Origin: Paracoccus suum
Lineage (GTDB): Bacteria > Pseudomonadota > Alphaproteobacteria > Rhodobacterales > Rhodobacteraceae
Reading direction: 5' to 3'
NCBI RefSeq assembly: GCF_003324675.1
Contig: NZ_CP030918.1
Span: 930,001 to 962,000, forward strand
Length of the DNA: 32,000 bases
The notes under the pieces are model-generated. The model had not been told where the DNA came from, ran no database searches, and worked only from the letters and a program-made list of their open reading frames with translations. The stretch's first letter is position 1; every line of letters begins with the position of its first letter. Shown one piece after another: positions 10,420 through 20,112 of the stretch. A program made the position numbers and the translations under genes.

Positions 10420-11048
10420 TGGCGCGGCTCGCGGATCTGCCGGCGACGCTGCCGCTGTTCCCGCTGCCGGGCGCGGTGCTGATGCCGCGCGCCCGCCTGC
10501 CGCTGCAGATATTCGAGCCGCGCTATCTGCAGATGCTGGAGGACACGCTGAAGTCCGGCAACCGCCTGATCGGAATGATCCAGCCGATTGGCGAGGGCAT
10601 GGCGCGCGTCGGCACCGCGGGCCGCGTCGCCGCCTTTTCAGAGATGGAAGACGGGCGGATGATGATCTCGCTCAAGGCGGTGTCGCGCTTTCGCCTGGGC
10701 GAGGTTGAGGAGGGGTTCCTTCCTTATCTGCGCGGGCGCGTGGACTGGACCGGCTTTTCCCCGGACCTGTCCAGCACCTGCGAGGAGGATGCCCGCTTCG
10801 ACCGTGCGGCGTTCCTGTCGCGGCTGCAACGCTACATGAAGGTTCGCGATCTTTCGACCGACTGGCACGTCACCGAGGAGGCCAACGACGAGATGCTGGT
10901 CAACGCCCTCGCCATGCTGCTGCCGCTGGATGTCGAGGAAAAGCAGGCCCTGCTGGAGGCGCCGACCTTGGCCAAACGGCGCGAATTGCTGGACGGGCTG
11001 ATCGAATTTGCGCTGCACGGCGGCGCCCGCGAGGAGACGCTGCAATGA
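10419..11048 (+). CDS. LON N-terminal (substrate-binding) domain protein
   Basis: [29 protein letters not shown] is typical of the Lon N-domain. Start shares one nucleotide with the upstream stop (TGATG). Confidence 0.85.
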   Translation: MARLADLPATLPLFPLPGAVLMPRARLPLQIFEPRYLQMLEDTLKSGNRLIGMIQPIGEGMARVGTAGRVAAFSEMEDGRMMISLKAVSRFRLGEVEEGFLPYLRGRVDWTGFSPDLSSTCEEDARFDRAAFLSRLQRYMKVRDLSTDWHVTEEANDEMLVNALAMLLPLDVEEKQALLEAPTLAKRRELLDGLIEFALHGGAREETLQ

Positions 11049-11272
11049 CCGATGCTCCGCATCCCGAAACCCCTGACGCCGAAGCCCGGCGCGCGCCGAC
11101 CTTCGACCGCCATATGCTCGAGGCGCTGGTCTGTCCGGTCAGCCACACCACGCTGCGCTATGACGTTGCCCAGTCCGAGTTGGTGTCCGACGCCATCGGG
11201 TTGGCCTTCCCGATCCGCGCCGGCATCCCGATCATGCTGGTGTCCGAGGCGCGCCAGCTGAAGGCCGACTAG
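11045..11272 (+). CDS. Trm112/UPF0434 family small protein
   Basis: 75 aa with [10 protein letters not shown]...L.YD....LVS...[23 protein letters not shown] overlap with the upstream gene. Confidence 0.75.
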   Translation: MTDAPHPETPDAEARRAPTFDRHMLEALVCPVSHTTLRYDVAQSELVSDAIGLAFPIRAGIPIMLVSEARQLKAD

Positions 11273-11281
11273 GACGCGCCG

Positions 11282-12448
11282 TCAGTCCTCGCCCGACAGA
11301 TCACGGGTGTAGACCTTGCCTGCCACGTCCGACAGATCGGGGGTCATGCGGTTGGCCAGGATAATATCCGCCTCGGCCTTGAAGGCCGCCAGATCGTTGA
11401 CCACGCGCGAGTAAAAGAAATCGGGCGTGTCCAGCACCGGCTCATAAACGATGCACTGAATGCCCTTGGCCTTGATCCGTTTCATCACCCCTTGGATGGA
11501 GCTCTGGCGGAAGTTGTCGCTGCCGGCCTTCATTACCAGACGGTAGATGCCGACCACGCGCGGTTTGCGGGCGATGATCTGCTCGGCGATGAAGTCCTTG
11601 CGGGTGCGGTTGCTCTCGACGATGGCGGCGATCAGGTTTTGCGGTACCTGGTCGTAGTTTGCCAGCAATTGCTTTGCATCTTTGGGCAGGCAGTAACCGC
11701 CATAGCCAAAGCTGGGATTGTTGTAGTGATTGCCGATGCGCGGGTCGCTGCCGACGCCGCGGATCACTTCGGCCGAGGCAATGCCCCGCGCCTCGGCATA
11801 GCTGTCGAGTTCGTTGAAGAACGCGACCCGCATCGCGAGGTAGGTGTTAGAGAACAGCTTGATCGCCTCGGCCTCGGTCGGCCCGGTCAGCATCACCGGC
11901 ACGTCCGTGCGATCCGCCCCCCGCAGCAGCAGGTCGGCGATCCGTTGGCCGGCCGTCCCACGCTCGCCGACGATGATGCGCGACGGGTTCAGGCTGTCGT
12001 GCAGCGCGCGCCCCTCGCGCAGGAACTCGGGGGTGAAAAGGATCTGGTCGGTACCATGGCGGGCCCGCATCCGTTCGGTGAACCCGACCGGGATGGTCGA
12101 GCGGATGACGATGGCGGCCCCCGGCGCCGCGTCACGCACGGCCTCGATGCTGCTTTCGACCGAAGTGGTGTCAAAGCGGTTCGACGCCGGGTCGTAATCG
12201 GTCGGGGTCGCGATCAGCACGACCTCGGCCCCGTGCAGGGCCGCGTCGCGGTCCGTGGTGGCCGTCAGATCGAGGCCGCCGCGCGCCAGCCAGGGGCCGG
12301 CGTCCGGGTCCTCGACCGTCGCGCGCCCGGCGTTCAGCACCGCCACCCGGTCGGGGTTGATGTCCAGTGCTGTCACGCTGGCATGGCGCGCCAGCATCAG
12401 CGCATTGGCAAGGCCGACATAGCCGAGGCCGATGACTGCGATCTTCAT
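11282..12448 (-). CDS. ugd: UDP-glucose 6-dehydrogenase
   Basis: Internal ATG 12448 gives 388 aa. Rossmann motif [13 protein letters not shown], catalytic [10 protein letters not shown], and FTPEFLREG present. Confidence 0.9.
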   Translation of the reverse strand: MKIAVIGLGYVGLANALMLARHASVTALDINPDRVAVLNAGRATVEDPDAGPWLARGGLDLTATTDRDAALHGAEVVLIATPTDYDPASNRFDTTSVESSIEAVRDAAPGAAIVIRSTIPVGFTERMRARHGTDQILFTPEFLREGRALHDSLNPSRIIVGERGTAGQRIADLLLRGADRTDVPVMLTGPTEAEAIKLFSNTYLAMRVAFFNELDSYAEARGIASAEVIRGVGSDPRIGNHYNNPSFGYGGYCLPKDAKQLLANYDQVPQNLIAAIVESNRTRKDFIAEQIIARKPRVVGIYRLVMKAGSDNFRQSSIQGVMKRIKAKGIQCIVYEPVLDTPDFFYSRVVNDLAAFKAEADIILANRMTPDLSDVAGKVYTRDLSGED

Positions 12449-12595
12449 GGCGTTCCGCCCCGTGGTTTCGCGCTTTCTTATGCGCGCAAGCCGCGGGGCA
12501 GTGCCAGCCCGCATCTGGCCCGCGCACACGCGATGGACCGGCGCCGGCGCCTGCCCTACAAGAATCGCTGCCCCCGCGCGTGAGCATCCGACCGC

Positions 12596-15229
12596 ATGTC
12601 CGACGACACCCCCAGCCCGATGATGGTCCAGTATCTGGGCATACGCGCCGCCAATCCCGGCGCGCTGCTATTCTATCGCATGGGCGATTTCTACGAGATG
12701 TTCTTCGAGGACGCGGTCGCCGCCGCAGCCGCCCTGGACATCGCCCTGACCAAGCGCGGCACCCATGCGGGCGCGCCGATCCCGATGTGCGGCGTGCCGG
12801 TCCATGCCGCAGAAAGTTATCTGCTGACCTTGATCCGCAAGGGGTTTCGCGTCGCCATTGCCGAGCAGATCGAGGATCCGGCCGAGGCGAAAAAACGCGG
12901 CAGCAGATCGGTCGTGGCGCGCGATGTCGTGCGGCTGGTCACGCCCGGTACCCTGACCGAGGAAAGCCTGCTCGAGGCGCGGCGGCACAATTTCCTCGCT
13001 GCCTTTGCCGAGGTCCGGGGCGAGGGGGCGCTGGCTTGGGCCGATATCTCGACCGGGGCGCTGCGCGTGATGCCGTGTCCGCTCGTGCGCCTCGCGCCCG
13101 AGCTTGCGCGGCTGGCCCCGCGCGAATTGCTGGTGTGCGCCGGTGCGCGGCTTGACGATGTCGCGGCCGAAGCTGGCGCGGCGCTGACCGAACTCGCACC
13201 CGGCAGTTTTGACTCGGCGGCCGGGGCGCGGCGGCTCGCGGCAATCTATGCGGTCGAGACGCTTGACGGCTTTGGCAGCTTCGAGCGGCCGGAATTGGCG
13301 GCGATGGGTGCGATCGCCGATTACCTGTTGCTGACCCAGAAGGGCCGCATGCCGCGCCTCGCCCCGCCGGCGCGCGAGGCGGCGGGCGGCGCGATGCAGA
13401 TCGATGCCGCAACCCGTCGCAATCTGGAGTTGACGCAGGCGCTGTCTGGCGGTCGCGAGGGCAGCCTGCTGGCCGCCATCGACCGAACCGTGACCGCCGC
13501 TGGCGCGCGCCTGCTCGAGCGTCGCATCAGCGCGCCCTCGCGCGATCTGGCGGTGATCCATGCCCGGCAGGAGGCAGTGGCCCATCTGCTGGCTGACCCG
13601 AGGTTGGCGGCGGACCTGCGCGCAGCCCTCGCGCGTGCGCCGGACATGGACCGGGCGCTGTCGCGACTCGCGTTGGACCGGGGCGGGCCGCGTGATTTGG
13701 GGGCCATCCGCGCGGGGCTGGAGGCGGCAACTGCCGTCGCCGCGCTGCTGGGCGAGGACGCGGTCACCGTGCTGGCCGATGCGGCCACCGCGCTGAGTGG
13801 GCACGAGGTGCTCATCGACATGCTGGACGCCCTGGTGGCCGAGCCGCCCCTGCTCGCCCGCGATGGCGGCTTCGTCGCGTCGGGTCATGATCCGGACCTC
13901 GACGACACCCGACGGCTGCGCGACGAGGGCCGGGGGGTCATTGCCGGCATGCAGGCCGAATATGCGGACGAGACCGGCATCCCGGCTCTGAAGATCAAGC
14001 ACAACAACGTGCTGGGCTATTTCATCGAGACGACCGCGACCCATGCGGCGCGGATGCTGGCGCCGCCGCTGTCGGCGCGCTTCATCCATCGCCAGACCAC
14101 TGCCAATGCCGTGCGCTTTACCACCGTCGCGCTGTCCGAGCTGGAGACCCGCATCCTCAACGCCCGCGACCGCGCGCTGGAGATCGAGCGCGGCATCTTT
14201 GCCCGTCTGACCGCCGCCGTTCTGGGCGCCTCAGGGCCGATCGGGCAGGCGGCGCGTGCTCTGGCCGAGGTCGACGTCGCCGCCGCCTTTGCCGACCTCG
14301 CCTCGGGCGAGGGATGGAGCAGGCCGCAGGTCGACGACAGCCGCGCCTTTGTCATCGAGGGCGGCCGCCATCCGGTTGTCGAGCGCGCATTGAAGCGCAA
14401 GGCCGAGGCGTTTGTCGCCAATGACTGCGCCCTGACGACGGGCGAGACGCCGGCGATCTGGCTGCTGACCGGCCCGAACATGGCCGGCAAGTCGACCTTT
14501 CTGCGCCAGAACGCGCTGATCGCCATTCTCGCGCAGGCGGGCGGCTACGTGCCGGCGCGGCGGGCGCATGTGGGGCTGGTCAGCCAGCTTTTCAGCCGCG
14601 TCGGCGCGGCTGACGATCTGGCGCGCGGCCGCTCGACCTTCATGGTCGAGATGGTCGAGACTGCGGCGATCCTCAATCAGGCCGATGCGGCGGCACTGGT
14701 CATCCTGGACGAGATCGGCCGCGGCACTGCGACATGGGACGGGCTGTCAATTGCCTGGGCGGTGCTGGAGCATCTGCACGCCAGCAACCGCTGCCGGGCG
14801 CTGTTCGCAACCCATTATCACGAGATGACCAGCCTCTCTGCCCGCCTGCCGGGGGTCGAGAACGCGACTGTGGCGGTGCGCGAGTGGAAGGGCGACGTGA
14901 TCTTCCTGCACGAGGTCCGCAAAGGGGCGGCGGACCGCAGTTATGGCGTGCAGGTGGCGCGGCTGGCCGGCCTGCCTGCCGCCGTGGTGGACCGCGCGCG
15001 CGAAATCCTGGCGGCACTGGAAAAGGGGGGGCGCGAGGGCGGTGCCCGGCCCGCTGCGCTGATCGACGATCTGCCGCTGTTCCGCGCCGCGCCGCCAGCG
15101 CCCCCGACGCCCGTCGCGCGCCCCTCGGCCGTCGAGGCACGGCTGGAGGGGGTGCAGCCCGATGGCCTGACCCCGCGCGAGGCGCTCGACCTGCTTTATG
15201 AACTGAAGGGCCTGACCGCGGCAGGATGA
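12596..15229 (+). CDS. mutS: DNA mismatch repair protein MutS
   Basis: 877 aa. Mismatch-binding N-terminus (MMVQYL...[15 protein letters not shown]), Walker A (GPNMAGKST), ILDEIGRGT, and a C-terminal dimerisation tail. Confidence 0.97.
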   Translation: MSDDTPSPMMVQYLGIRAANPGALLFYRMGDFYEMFFEDAVAAAAALDIALTKRGTHAGAPIPMCGVPVHAAESYLLTLIRKGFRVAIAEQIEDPAEAKKRGSRSVVARDVVRLVTPGTLTEESLLEARRHNFLAAFAEVRGEGALAWADISTGALRVMPCPLVRLAPELARLAPRELLVCAGARLDDVAAEAGAALTELAPGSFDSAAGARRLAAIYAVETLDGFGSFERPELAAMGAIADYLLLTQKGRMPRLAPPAREAAGGAMQIDAATRRNLELTQALSGGREGSLLAAIDRTVTAAGARLLERRISAPSRDLAVIHARQEAVAHLLADPRLAADLRAALARAPDMDRALSRLALDRGGPRDLGAIRAGLEAATAVAALLGEDAVTVLADAATALSGHEVLIDMLDALVAEPPLLARDGGFVASGHDPDLDDTRRLRDEGRGVIAGMQAEYADETGIPALKIKHNNVLGYFIETTATHAARMLAPPLSARFIHRQTTANAVRFTTVALSELETRILNARDRALEIERGIFARLTAAVLGASGPIGQAARALAEVDVAAAFADLASGEGWSRPQVDDSRAFVIEGGRHPVVERALKRKAEAFVANDCALTTGETPAIWLLTGPNMAGKSTFLRQNALIAILAQAGGYVPARRAHVGLVSQLFSRVGAADDLARGRSTFMVEMVETAAILNQADAAALVILDEIGRGTATWDGLSIAWAVLEHLHASNRCRALFATHYHEMTSLSARLPGVENATVAVREWKGDVIFLHEVRKGAADRSYGVQVARLAGLPAAVVDRAREILAALEKGGREGGARPAALIDDLPLFRAAPPAPPTPVARPSAVEARLEGVQPDGLTPREALDLLYELKGLTAAG

Positions 15230-15296
15230 GTCGCCGAGAAAATCAGTTGCGGGAATCTGCAAGCGCGCCCAGCCTGCCTTGCAGGGAGGACCCGAT

Positions 15297-16133
15297 ATGC
15301 TGATCCGCATCACGATTGCCGCAACCCTGCTGGCCGCGCCCGCCTTTGCCACCTGCCCGGCGCCCGAGGCGATGCAGGCCGCCGCCAAGGGCTGGATGGA
15401 GGGGCAGCGCCTTCCCGACCCCGGACTGACCTCGATCGAGGACGCCGACTGCGCCTACAAATCCTATCGCGCCGCACTGGACGCGGCGATGGGCGCGCCT
15501 GTCGGGGTGAAGGTCGGCTTCACTTCGAAACCCGCGCAGGAAAAGTTCGGCGTGACGGCGCCCGCGGCCGGCGCGCTTTACGCGCCGATGATCCTCGAGG
15601 ACGGTGCAGAGGTGCCGATGAAGGGCAGCCGCGCGCCGTTCTACGAGGCCGATCTGATCGTCACGGTGGCCGATCCCGCGATCATGCAGGCCAAGACTCG
15701 CGAGGACGTTGCCAAGGCGCTGCAGGACGTGCGCCCATTCATCGAACTCCCCGACATGGCCTTGCCCGAAGGGGTCAAACCGACCGGCGCGCTGATGACG
15801 GCCTATGGGGTGATGCCATGGCGTGGCGTGGTCGGCCCGGGCGTTCCGATGGCCGATCTGGCCGATCCTGTGGCCGATCTGGCGGCCCTGACGGTGGATC
15901 TGAAGGCCGATGGCGCCAGCGTTGCGCAGGGCAAGGGCGAGATGCTGCTGGGCCATCCGCTGGACGTGGTCCTGTGGCTAGTCAAGGACGGACGCTTCGA
16001 CCTGAAGCCGGGGATGATGATCTCGCTCGGCTCGCTTTCGGCGCTGACGCCGGCCAAGGCGGGCGCGACGCTAGAGGCCGATTACAGCGTCGGCGGTAAG
16101 CCGATGAAGGTGACGGCCAAGCTGGTCGAATAG
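15297..16133 (+). CDS. 2-keto-4-pentenoate hydratase (MhpD/HpcG)-like protein with N-terminal signal peptide
   Basis: GGGAGGA upstream of ATG 15297, with N-terminus MLIRITIAATLLAAPAFA/TC. The body aligns by eye with MhpD blocks: GVKVGFTSKPAQEKFGV..P..G.L, YEADL, LLGHPLDVVLWL, and KPGMMISLGSL near the C-terminus. Confidence 0.7.
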   Translation: MLIRITIAATLLAAPAFATCPAPEAMQAAAKGWMEGQRLPDPGLTSIEDADCAYKSYRAALDAAMGAPVGVKVGFTSKPAQEKFGVTAPAAGALYAPMILEDGAEVPMKGSRAPFYEADLIVTVADPAIMQAKTREDVAKALQDVRPFIELPDMALPEGVKPTGALMTAYGVMPWRGVVGPGVPMADLADPVADLAALTVDLKADGASVAQGKGEMLLGHPLDVVLWLVKDGRFDLKPGMMISLGSLSALTPAKAGATLEADYSVGGKPMKVTAKLVE

Positions 16134-16140
16134 GCCGGGG

Positions 16141-16401
16141 TCACGCCTGCGCGGTGCGTCCGGCGCCAGGGCCGCGGCGCACCCGGTATTCGCGGGCGCC
16201 ATCGCCCAGATCGCGGCTGCCCAGGAACTTGTGGCCGGCCTCAGCGCAGAAATGCGGCACGTCGAGGATGGCTGCGGCATCGGTCGCCAGCAACACGACC
16301 TCCGCCGCTTCCGGGGCGCCGTTCAGGACTCGGCGCAGGCGCAGCACCGGAAGTGGGCACAGCAGATCGCGCGCGTCTATTTCGATCGGGTTGTCAGCCA
16401 T
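16141..16401 (-). CDS. TusA/SirA-family sulfurtransferase-like protein
   Basis: 86 aa from ATG 16401 (ATG 16410 also possible). Contains the CPxP motif (ARDLLCPLPVLRLRR). Overlaps the end of the upstream DUF2478-like gene. Confidence 0.7.
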   Translation of the reverse strand: MADNPIEIDARDLLCPLPVLRLRRVLNGAPEAAEVVLLATDAAAILDVPHFCAEAGHKFLGSRDLGDGAREYRVRRGPGAGRTAQA

Positions 16402-16912
16402 TGGCGGCATTCTGCAGCGCCGCCCGGCACCAGCCCTCTGCAGCATCGGGCGCGACAGCTTCGGCAAGGCCATCGGCAAACCGTGCGAAAGCGTCGGCCG
16501 CGTCTGGAGAGATTGCGACCAGCACGGGTAGCCCGAGGTGCAGTCCCTCGGCCACCAGGTCGCGAAAGCCGCGCCCCGCGGCCTCCTGCCGGCCAAACTT
16601 GCTCAGCAGCACCAGTTGCGCAGCGGCGAGCCCGTCGCGGGCCTGCTGCGCGGCGCGCTCCAGGCCCTCGGCATCCAGACAGCATCCCCGCGCGCCCGGA
16701 CCGAGTGCCTGGGAGATTACGACCTCACCTCCGCCGGGGTGCAGCAGTTTTGCCACCATTTCGGCCGGTCGGGATCCCGAGGCCGGGCGGTTGGCCTGCA
16801 CCGCGCCGGCGAGGCGAACGCCGTCGGCCGCGAGGCGCTGCGCGAGGTCCGCCAGCAGGCGGTCGGCGACGTCCTCGCCCTTGCGTCGCGGCTGATCGAG
16901 GTATCCCAGCAT
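16394..16912 (-). CDS. DUF2478-like (NTPase-like) protein
   Basis: Internal ATG 16912 preceded by GAAGGGA, giving 172 aa. Resembles the DUF2478 family that often neighbours molybdenum-cofactor genes; assignment is from memory only. Confidence 0.5.
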   Translation of the reverse strand: MLGYLDQPRRKGEDVADRLLADLAQRLAADGVRLAGAVQANRPASGSRPAEMVAKLLHPGGGEVVISQALGPGARGCCLDAEGLERAAQQARDGLAAAQLVLLSKFGRQEAAGRGFRDLVAEGLHLGLPVLVAISPDAADAFARFADGLAEAVAPDAAEGWCRAALQNAANG

Positions 16913-17002
16913 CCAGCGTCCCTTCGTTCGCAGGCAATCTAGGCGCAGGCGCGGCCCGGCGACAGGGGTTGCGGGCGGCGATGCGCGGCGCAAGGGTGCC
17001 TG

Positions 17003-17629
17003 ATGACGCAACCGATCCATGACAAGGACATCGCCGGCATCATCCTCGCGGGGGGGCAGGGCACGCGCATGGGCGGGGCTGACAAGGCGCTGCTGGTGCT
17101 GCATGACCGGCCGCTGATCGCGCATGTCGTGGACCGCCTGGGCTGCGCCCGAGCGATCAGTGCCAACGGCCCGGCGGAGCGGTTCGCCGGCCTCGGACTG
17201 CCGGTGCTGCCCGACACGCTGTCAGGGCATCCGGGACCACTCGCCGGGGTGCTGGCCGGCCTCGAATGGGCGGCGGCGCAGGGATTTGGCGCTATCGTCA
17301 CCGCCGCCACGGACACGCCCGGCTTTCCGCGCGATCTGGCGGCGATGCTGGCGCACCGCGCAGCAGGCAGTGGCGATGCCGCCGTGATCCTGGTGCGCGG
17401 CATCAGTTCGCCCGACCCCGGTGGTGCCCCGCGCATGCAGCCGACCTTTGCCCTTTGGCGGACTTCCGCCGCCCCCGGCGTGCGCGCGGCGCTTGCGGCC
17501 GGCACCCGCCGGGTCGAGGCAGTCGCGCAATTGCTGGGGATGGAGACGCTCGACGTGCCCGGAAGCGGCGCATTTTTCAACATAAACACCGCGCAGGACC
17601 TTGCCCGGGCTGGGGAATTCGTCGCTTGA
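17003..17629 (+). CDS. mobA: Molybdenum cofactor guanylyltransferase
   Basis: 208 aa with the N-terminal GIILAGGQGTRMGGADKAL nucleotide-binding motif, plus LPDT..G.PGPLAG. Confidence 0.9.
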   Translation: MTQPIHDKDIAGIILAGGQGTRMGGADKALLVLHDRPLIAHVVDRLGCARAISANGPAERFAGLGLPVLPDTLSGHPGPLAGVLAGLEWAAAQGFGAIVTAATDTPGFPRDLAAMLAHRAAGSGDAAVILVRGISSPDPGGAPRMQPTFALWRTSAAPGVRAALAAGTRRVEAVAQLLGMETLDVPGSGAFFNINTAQDLARAGEFVA

Positions 17630-17674
17630 GGGTTGGAAAATCGGCAGAAATACGCTTTGGCGGGTGCGCTGTCT

Positions 17675-17700
17675 GGAACCACCCTCGAAAACCGGGCGTT
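17675..17700 (+). promoter_or_regulatory. Candidate EcfG-type (general stress response ECF sigma) promoter
   Basis: GGAAC (17675-17679), then a 17-nt spacer, then CGTT (17697-17700). In sense orientation, with the -10 element about 70 nt upstream of the ATG at 17769. Confidence 0.45.
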
Positions 17701-17768
17701 GGCAGCACATAACGGATCATCCGCCCTGCGAACAGGCAGGCGCCGATTTCATCAGAAGGAAGTGACGC

Positions 17769-18173
17769 ATGTCCGATCGCGACAACGACCCGCACAACAC
17801 GCGCAGCTACACCGAGCGTACTGTCGTGACTGAGCGCCCCGTGACCACCACCGTCGAGCCCAAGAGCTCGGGCTCGCTGCTGTGGATCATTCTGGCGCTG
17901 CTGGTTGCCGCTGCTCTGGCGTGGTGGCTGCTCGGCCGCGGCAATGACGCGACCACGACGACGACCACGGACACTGGCACGACCACCAGCGCCCCGGCGA
18001 CTACCACGACCGAGCCGGTGACTGGCACGACGACGACGACCACCGAGCCGGCCACTGGCACGACCACGTCGACCACCACCACCGAACCGGCGGCTGACGC
18101 GACTTCGACCTCGACCCCCCCGGCGGCCGACACCAGCTCGACCACGACGACCACGACCCCGCCGAGCAACTGA
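17769..18173 (+). CDS. Small single-pass membrane protein with Thr-rich C-terminal tail (hypothetical)
   Basis: GAAGGAAG SD lies 6 nt before the ATG. Codon third positions are G/C-rich like neighbouring genes. One TM segment (LLWIILALLVAAALAWWLL), and a strong terminator directly downstream. Confidence 0.65.
   Translation: MSDRDNDPHNTRSYTERTVVTERPVTTTVEPKSSGSLLWIILALLVAAALAWWLLGRGNDATTTTTTDTGTTTSAPATTTTEPVTGTTTTTTEPATGTTTSTTTTEPAADATSTSTPPAADTSSTTTTTTPPSN
18009..18100 (+). repeat. Imperfect in-frame tandem repeat (33- and 39-nt units) encoding TEP(V/A)TGTTT...
   Basis: ACCGAGCCGG starts at 18009 and 18042, and ACCGAACCGG at 18081. Units are rich in ACG/ACC triplets. Confidence 0.7.
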
Positions 18174-18196
18174 TCCCTCAGTCCATCTCGACGTGG

Positions 18197-18227
18197 AAAG
18201 CCCCGGCCCTTGCGGCCGGGGCTTTTT
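18197..18227 (+). terminator. Rho-independent terminator
   Basis: 12-bp perfect stem AAAGCCCCGGCC / GGCCGGGGCTTT with loop CTTGC, running into a T5 tract (18223-18227). Confidence 0.7.
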
Positions 18228-18235
18228 CATGGCCC

Positions 18236-18697
18236 ATGCAGCGCATGGTTGATTATCCCGCCCTTGCCGCCCGTATCCGCGCCCTGACCGAGGGCGAGGA
18301 TGATGTCATCGCCTTGATGGCGACAGTGGCCTGCGAGGTGCATCAGAGCGACGAGCGCTTTGACTGGACTGGTTTTTACCGCGTGACGGCCCCTGAAATG
18401 CTGAAGATCGGGCCCTATCAGGGCGGCCACGGCTGTCTGGTCATCCCCTTCTCGCGCGGGGTGTGCGGGGCCGCAGCGCGGACCGGCCAAGTGCAACTTG
18501 TCCCGGACGTCGACGCCTTTCCGGGCCACATCGCGTGCGCCAGCAGCACCAGGTCCGAGCTAGTCCTGCCGGTGACCGGCGCGGGCGGCAGCCTGATCGG
18601 CGTCTTTGACATCGACAGCAACCGACCCGGTGCCTTTACCACCACTGATGCGGTCGCGCTGGAGGCTATTCTAGCCGAGGTTTTCGGCCATTTGTGA
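18236..18697 (+). CDS. msrC: GAF-domain free methionine-(R)-sulfoxide reductase
   Basis: Aligns by eye with E. coli YebR/MsrC: WTGFY, GPYQGGHGCLVIPFSRGVCGAAA, FPGHIACASSTRSELVLPV, IGVFDIDS. ATG 18245 is an alternative start. Confidence 0.8.
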   Translation: MQRMVDYPALAARIRALTEGEDDVIALMATVACEVHQSDERFDWTGFYRVTAPEMLKIGPYQGGHGCLVIPFSRGVCGAAARTGQVQLVPDVDAFPGHIACASSTRSELVLPVTGAGGSLIGVFDIDSNRPGAFTTTDAVALEAILAEVFGHL

Positions 18698-18736
18698 CGC
18701 TTGCCGCCAGCCCGTCCGGGCGGATATGCGTGGGCC

Positions 18737-19372
18737 ATGATCGTCGATACCATCTTGGCCATTCCGACCGCGCAACTCGCGCTGTTCATCACCTCGGGCC
18801 TCGCGCTGAACGTGGCGCCGGGACAGGATGTGATGTTCGCCTCGGCCTGCGGGATTCGCGGCGGGGTGCGGGCCGGGATGCTCGCCGGATTTGGTGTTGG
18901 GCTGGGGGTACTGTGCCACGTCGCGATGGCGACGCTCGGCCTCGGGGCGCTACTTGCCGCACATCCCGGGGCGCAGACCGCCGTGCGCCTCGTCGGCGCG
19001 GGCTATCTGTTGTGGCTGGCGTGGAAAAGCTGGCGCGCGCCCCCCGCGGACGAGGTCAGCCTGCGCAATGCGCCCCCGGCGCGGGCCACCGCGCTGATCG
19101 GCCGCGGGGCGTTGAGTAACCTGCTGAACCCCAAGCCCGTCCTGTTCCTTCTGTCGTTCCTGCCGCAGTTCACCAATCCCGCATGGGGCCCGGTGTGGCA
19201 GCAAGTGCTGGGGCTGGGGCTGATCTTTGCCTTTACCGGCACGCTGGTGACCATGGCCTATGGTGCCCTCGCAGGCCTCGCGCGCGAGGGACTGGCGCGG
19301 CGCCTGGGCTGGGTAAACCGGCTGGCGGCGGTGATGTTTGCCGGCCTTGCCCTGCGCCTCGTGCTGCGCTAA
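18737..19372 (+). CDS. LysE/RhtB-family amino-acid exporter
   Basis: Internal ATG 18737. Multi-pass hydrophobic protein with LysE-type N-terminal block (LALNVAPGQDVMF) and NLLNPKPVLFLLSFLPQF. Confidence 0.85.
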   Translation: MIVDTILAIPTAQLALFITSGLALNVAPGQDVMFASACGIRGGVRAGMLAGFGVGLGVLCHVAMATLGLGALLAAHPGAQTAVRLVGAGYLLWLAWKSWRAPPADEVSLRNAPPARATALIGRGALSNLLNPKPVLFLLSFLPQFTNPAWGPVWQQVLGLGLIFAFTGTLVTMAYGALAGLAREGLARRLGWVNRLAAVMFAGLALRLVLR

Positions 19373-19375
19373 GCG

Positions 19376-20029
19376 ATGCTGCCTTTCGTCTACGCCCCTC
19401 CGGCCGATCCGCCGCGCATCCTGCATCACGACCACGAGATCCTGATCGTCGACAAGCAGGCGGGCCTGCTGTCGGTGCCGGGCAAGGGCGAGGACCGCGC
19501 CGATTGCCTGATCGAGCGCTTGCGTGGAATCTTCCCGGAGGTGCTGTTGGTCCACCGCCTCGATCTGGACACCTCCGGCGTCATGGTCTTTGCCCTGACC
19601 CCGCACGCGCAACGCCACCTGGGCCTGCAGTTCGAGCGCCGGCACATGCGCAAGTCCTACGTCGCCCGCCTCGCCGGCCGGTTGGAGCCGCCGCAGGGCA
19701 CAGTCGATGCGGCGCTGATCGTGGACTGGCCGAACCGCCCGCGGCAGATGATCGATCCGGTAAACGGCCGCGCTGCCCAGACCGACTGGCGCGTGATCCG
19801 CGCCAGCGAGACTGAGACGCGCGTTCGCCTGCACCCGCTGACCGGGCGCAGCCATCAGCTGCGGGTGCATATGGCGAGCCTCGGGCACCCGATCCTCGGC
19901 GATCCACTATATGCCGAGGGACCGGCGCGCGACGATCATGCCCGGCTGATGCTGCATGCCGAATCCTTGCGCCTGCGCCACCCTGATGGCGGCAAGCACA
20001 TGACCTTTTCGGCAGCTGTTCCTTTCTGA
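19376..20029 (+). CDS. RluA-family pseudouridine synthase
   Basis: Catalytic motif HRLDLDTSGVMVFA, plus TGRSHQLRVH and LHAESL. Confidence 0.88.
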   Translation: MLPFVYAPPADPPRILHHDHEILIVDKQAGLLSVPGKGEDRADCLIERLRGIFPEVLLVHRLDLDTSGVMVFALTPHAQRHLGLQFERRHMRKSYVARLAGRLEPPQGTVDAALIVDWPNRPRQMIDPVNGRAAQTDWRVIRASETETRVRLHPLTGRSHQLRVHMASLGHPILGDPLYAEGPARDDHARLMLHAESLRLRHPDGGKHMTFSAAVPF

Positions 20030-20112
20030 CGGAACGGCCGAAACCCCCGGCCTCAGGGCTTGTGGTAGCAGCAAAATGCGGCCACGTTCGCCTATTGCGA
20101 TGGGGGAATTCG

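Noticed and set aside
11282-11750. Slightly more A/T-ending codons in the 3' third of ugd, considered as another mosaic junction.
   Set aside because: The shift is modest and gradual compared with the step seen in kpsM. It is not convincing by eye.
15247-15284. Palindromic sequences after mutS and before the hydratase gene: TTGC-N8-GCAA (15247-15262) and CTGCAAG-N14-CTTGCAG (15258-15284). Considered as an FNR/FixK box or a terminator.
   Set aside because: Half-site sequence and spacing do not fit TTGAT-N4-ATCAA. The hairpin has a short 7-bp stem, a large loop and no T-tract. It may still be an operator, but the support is insufficient.
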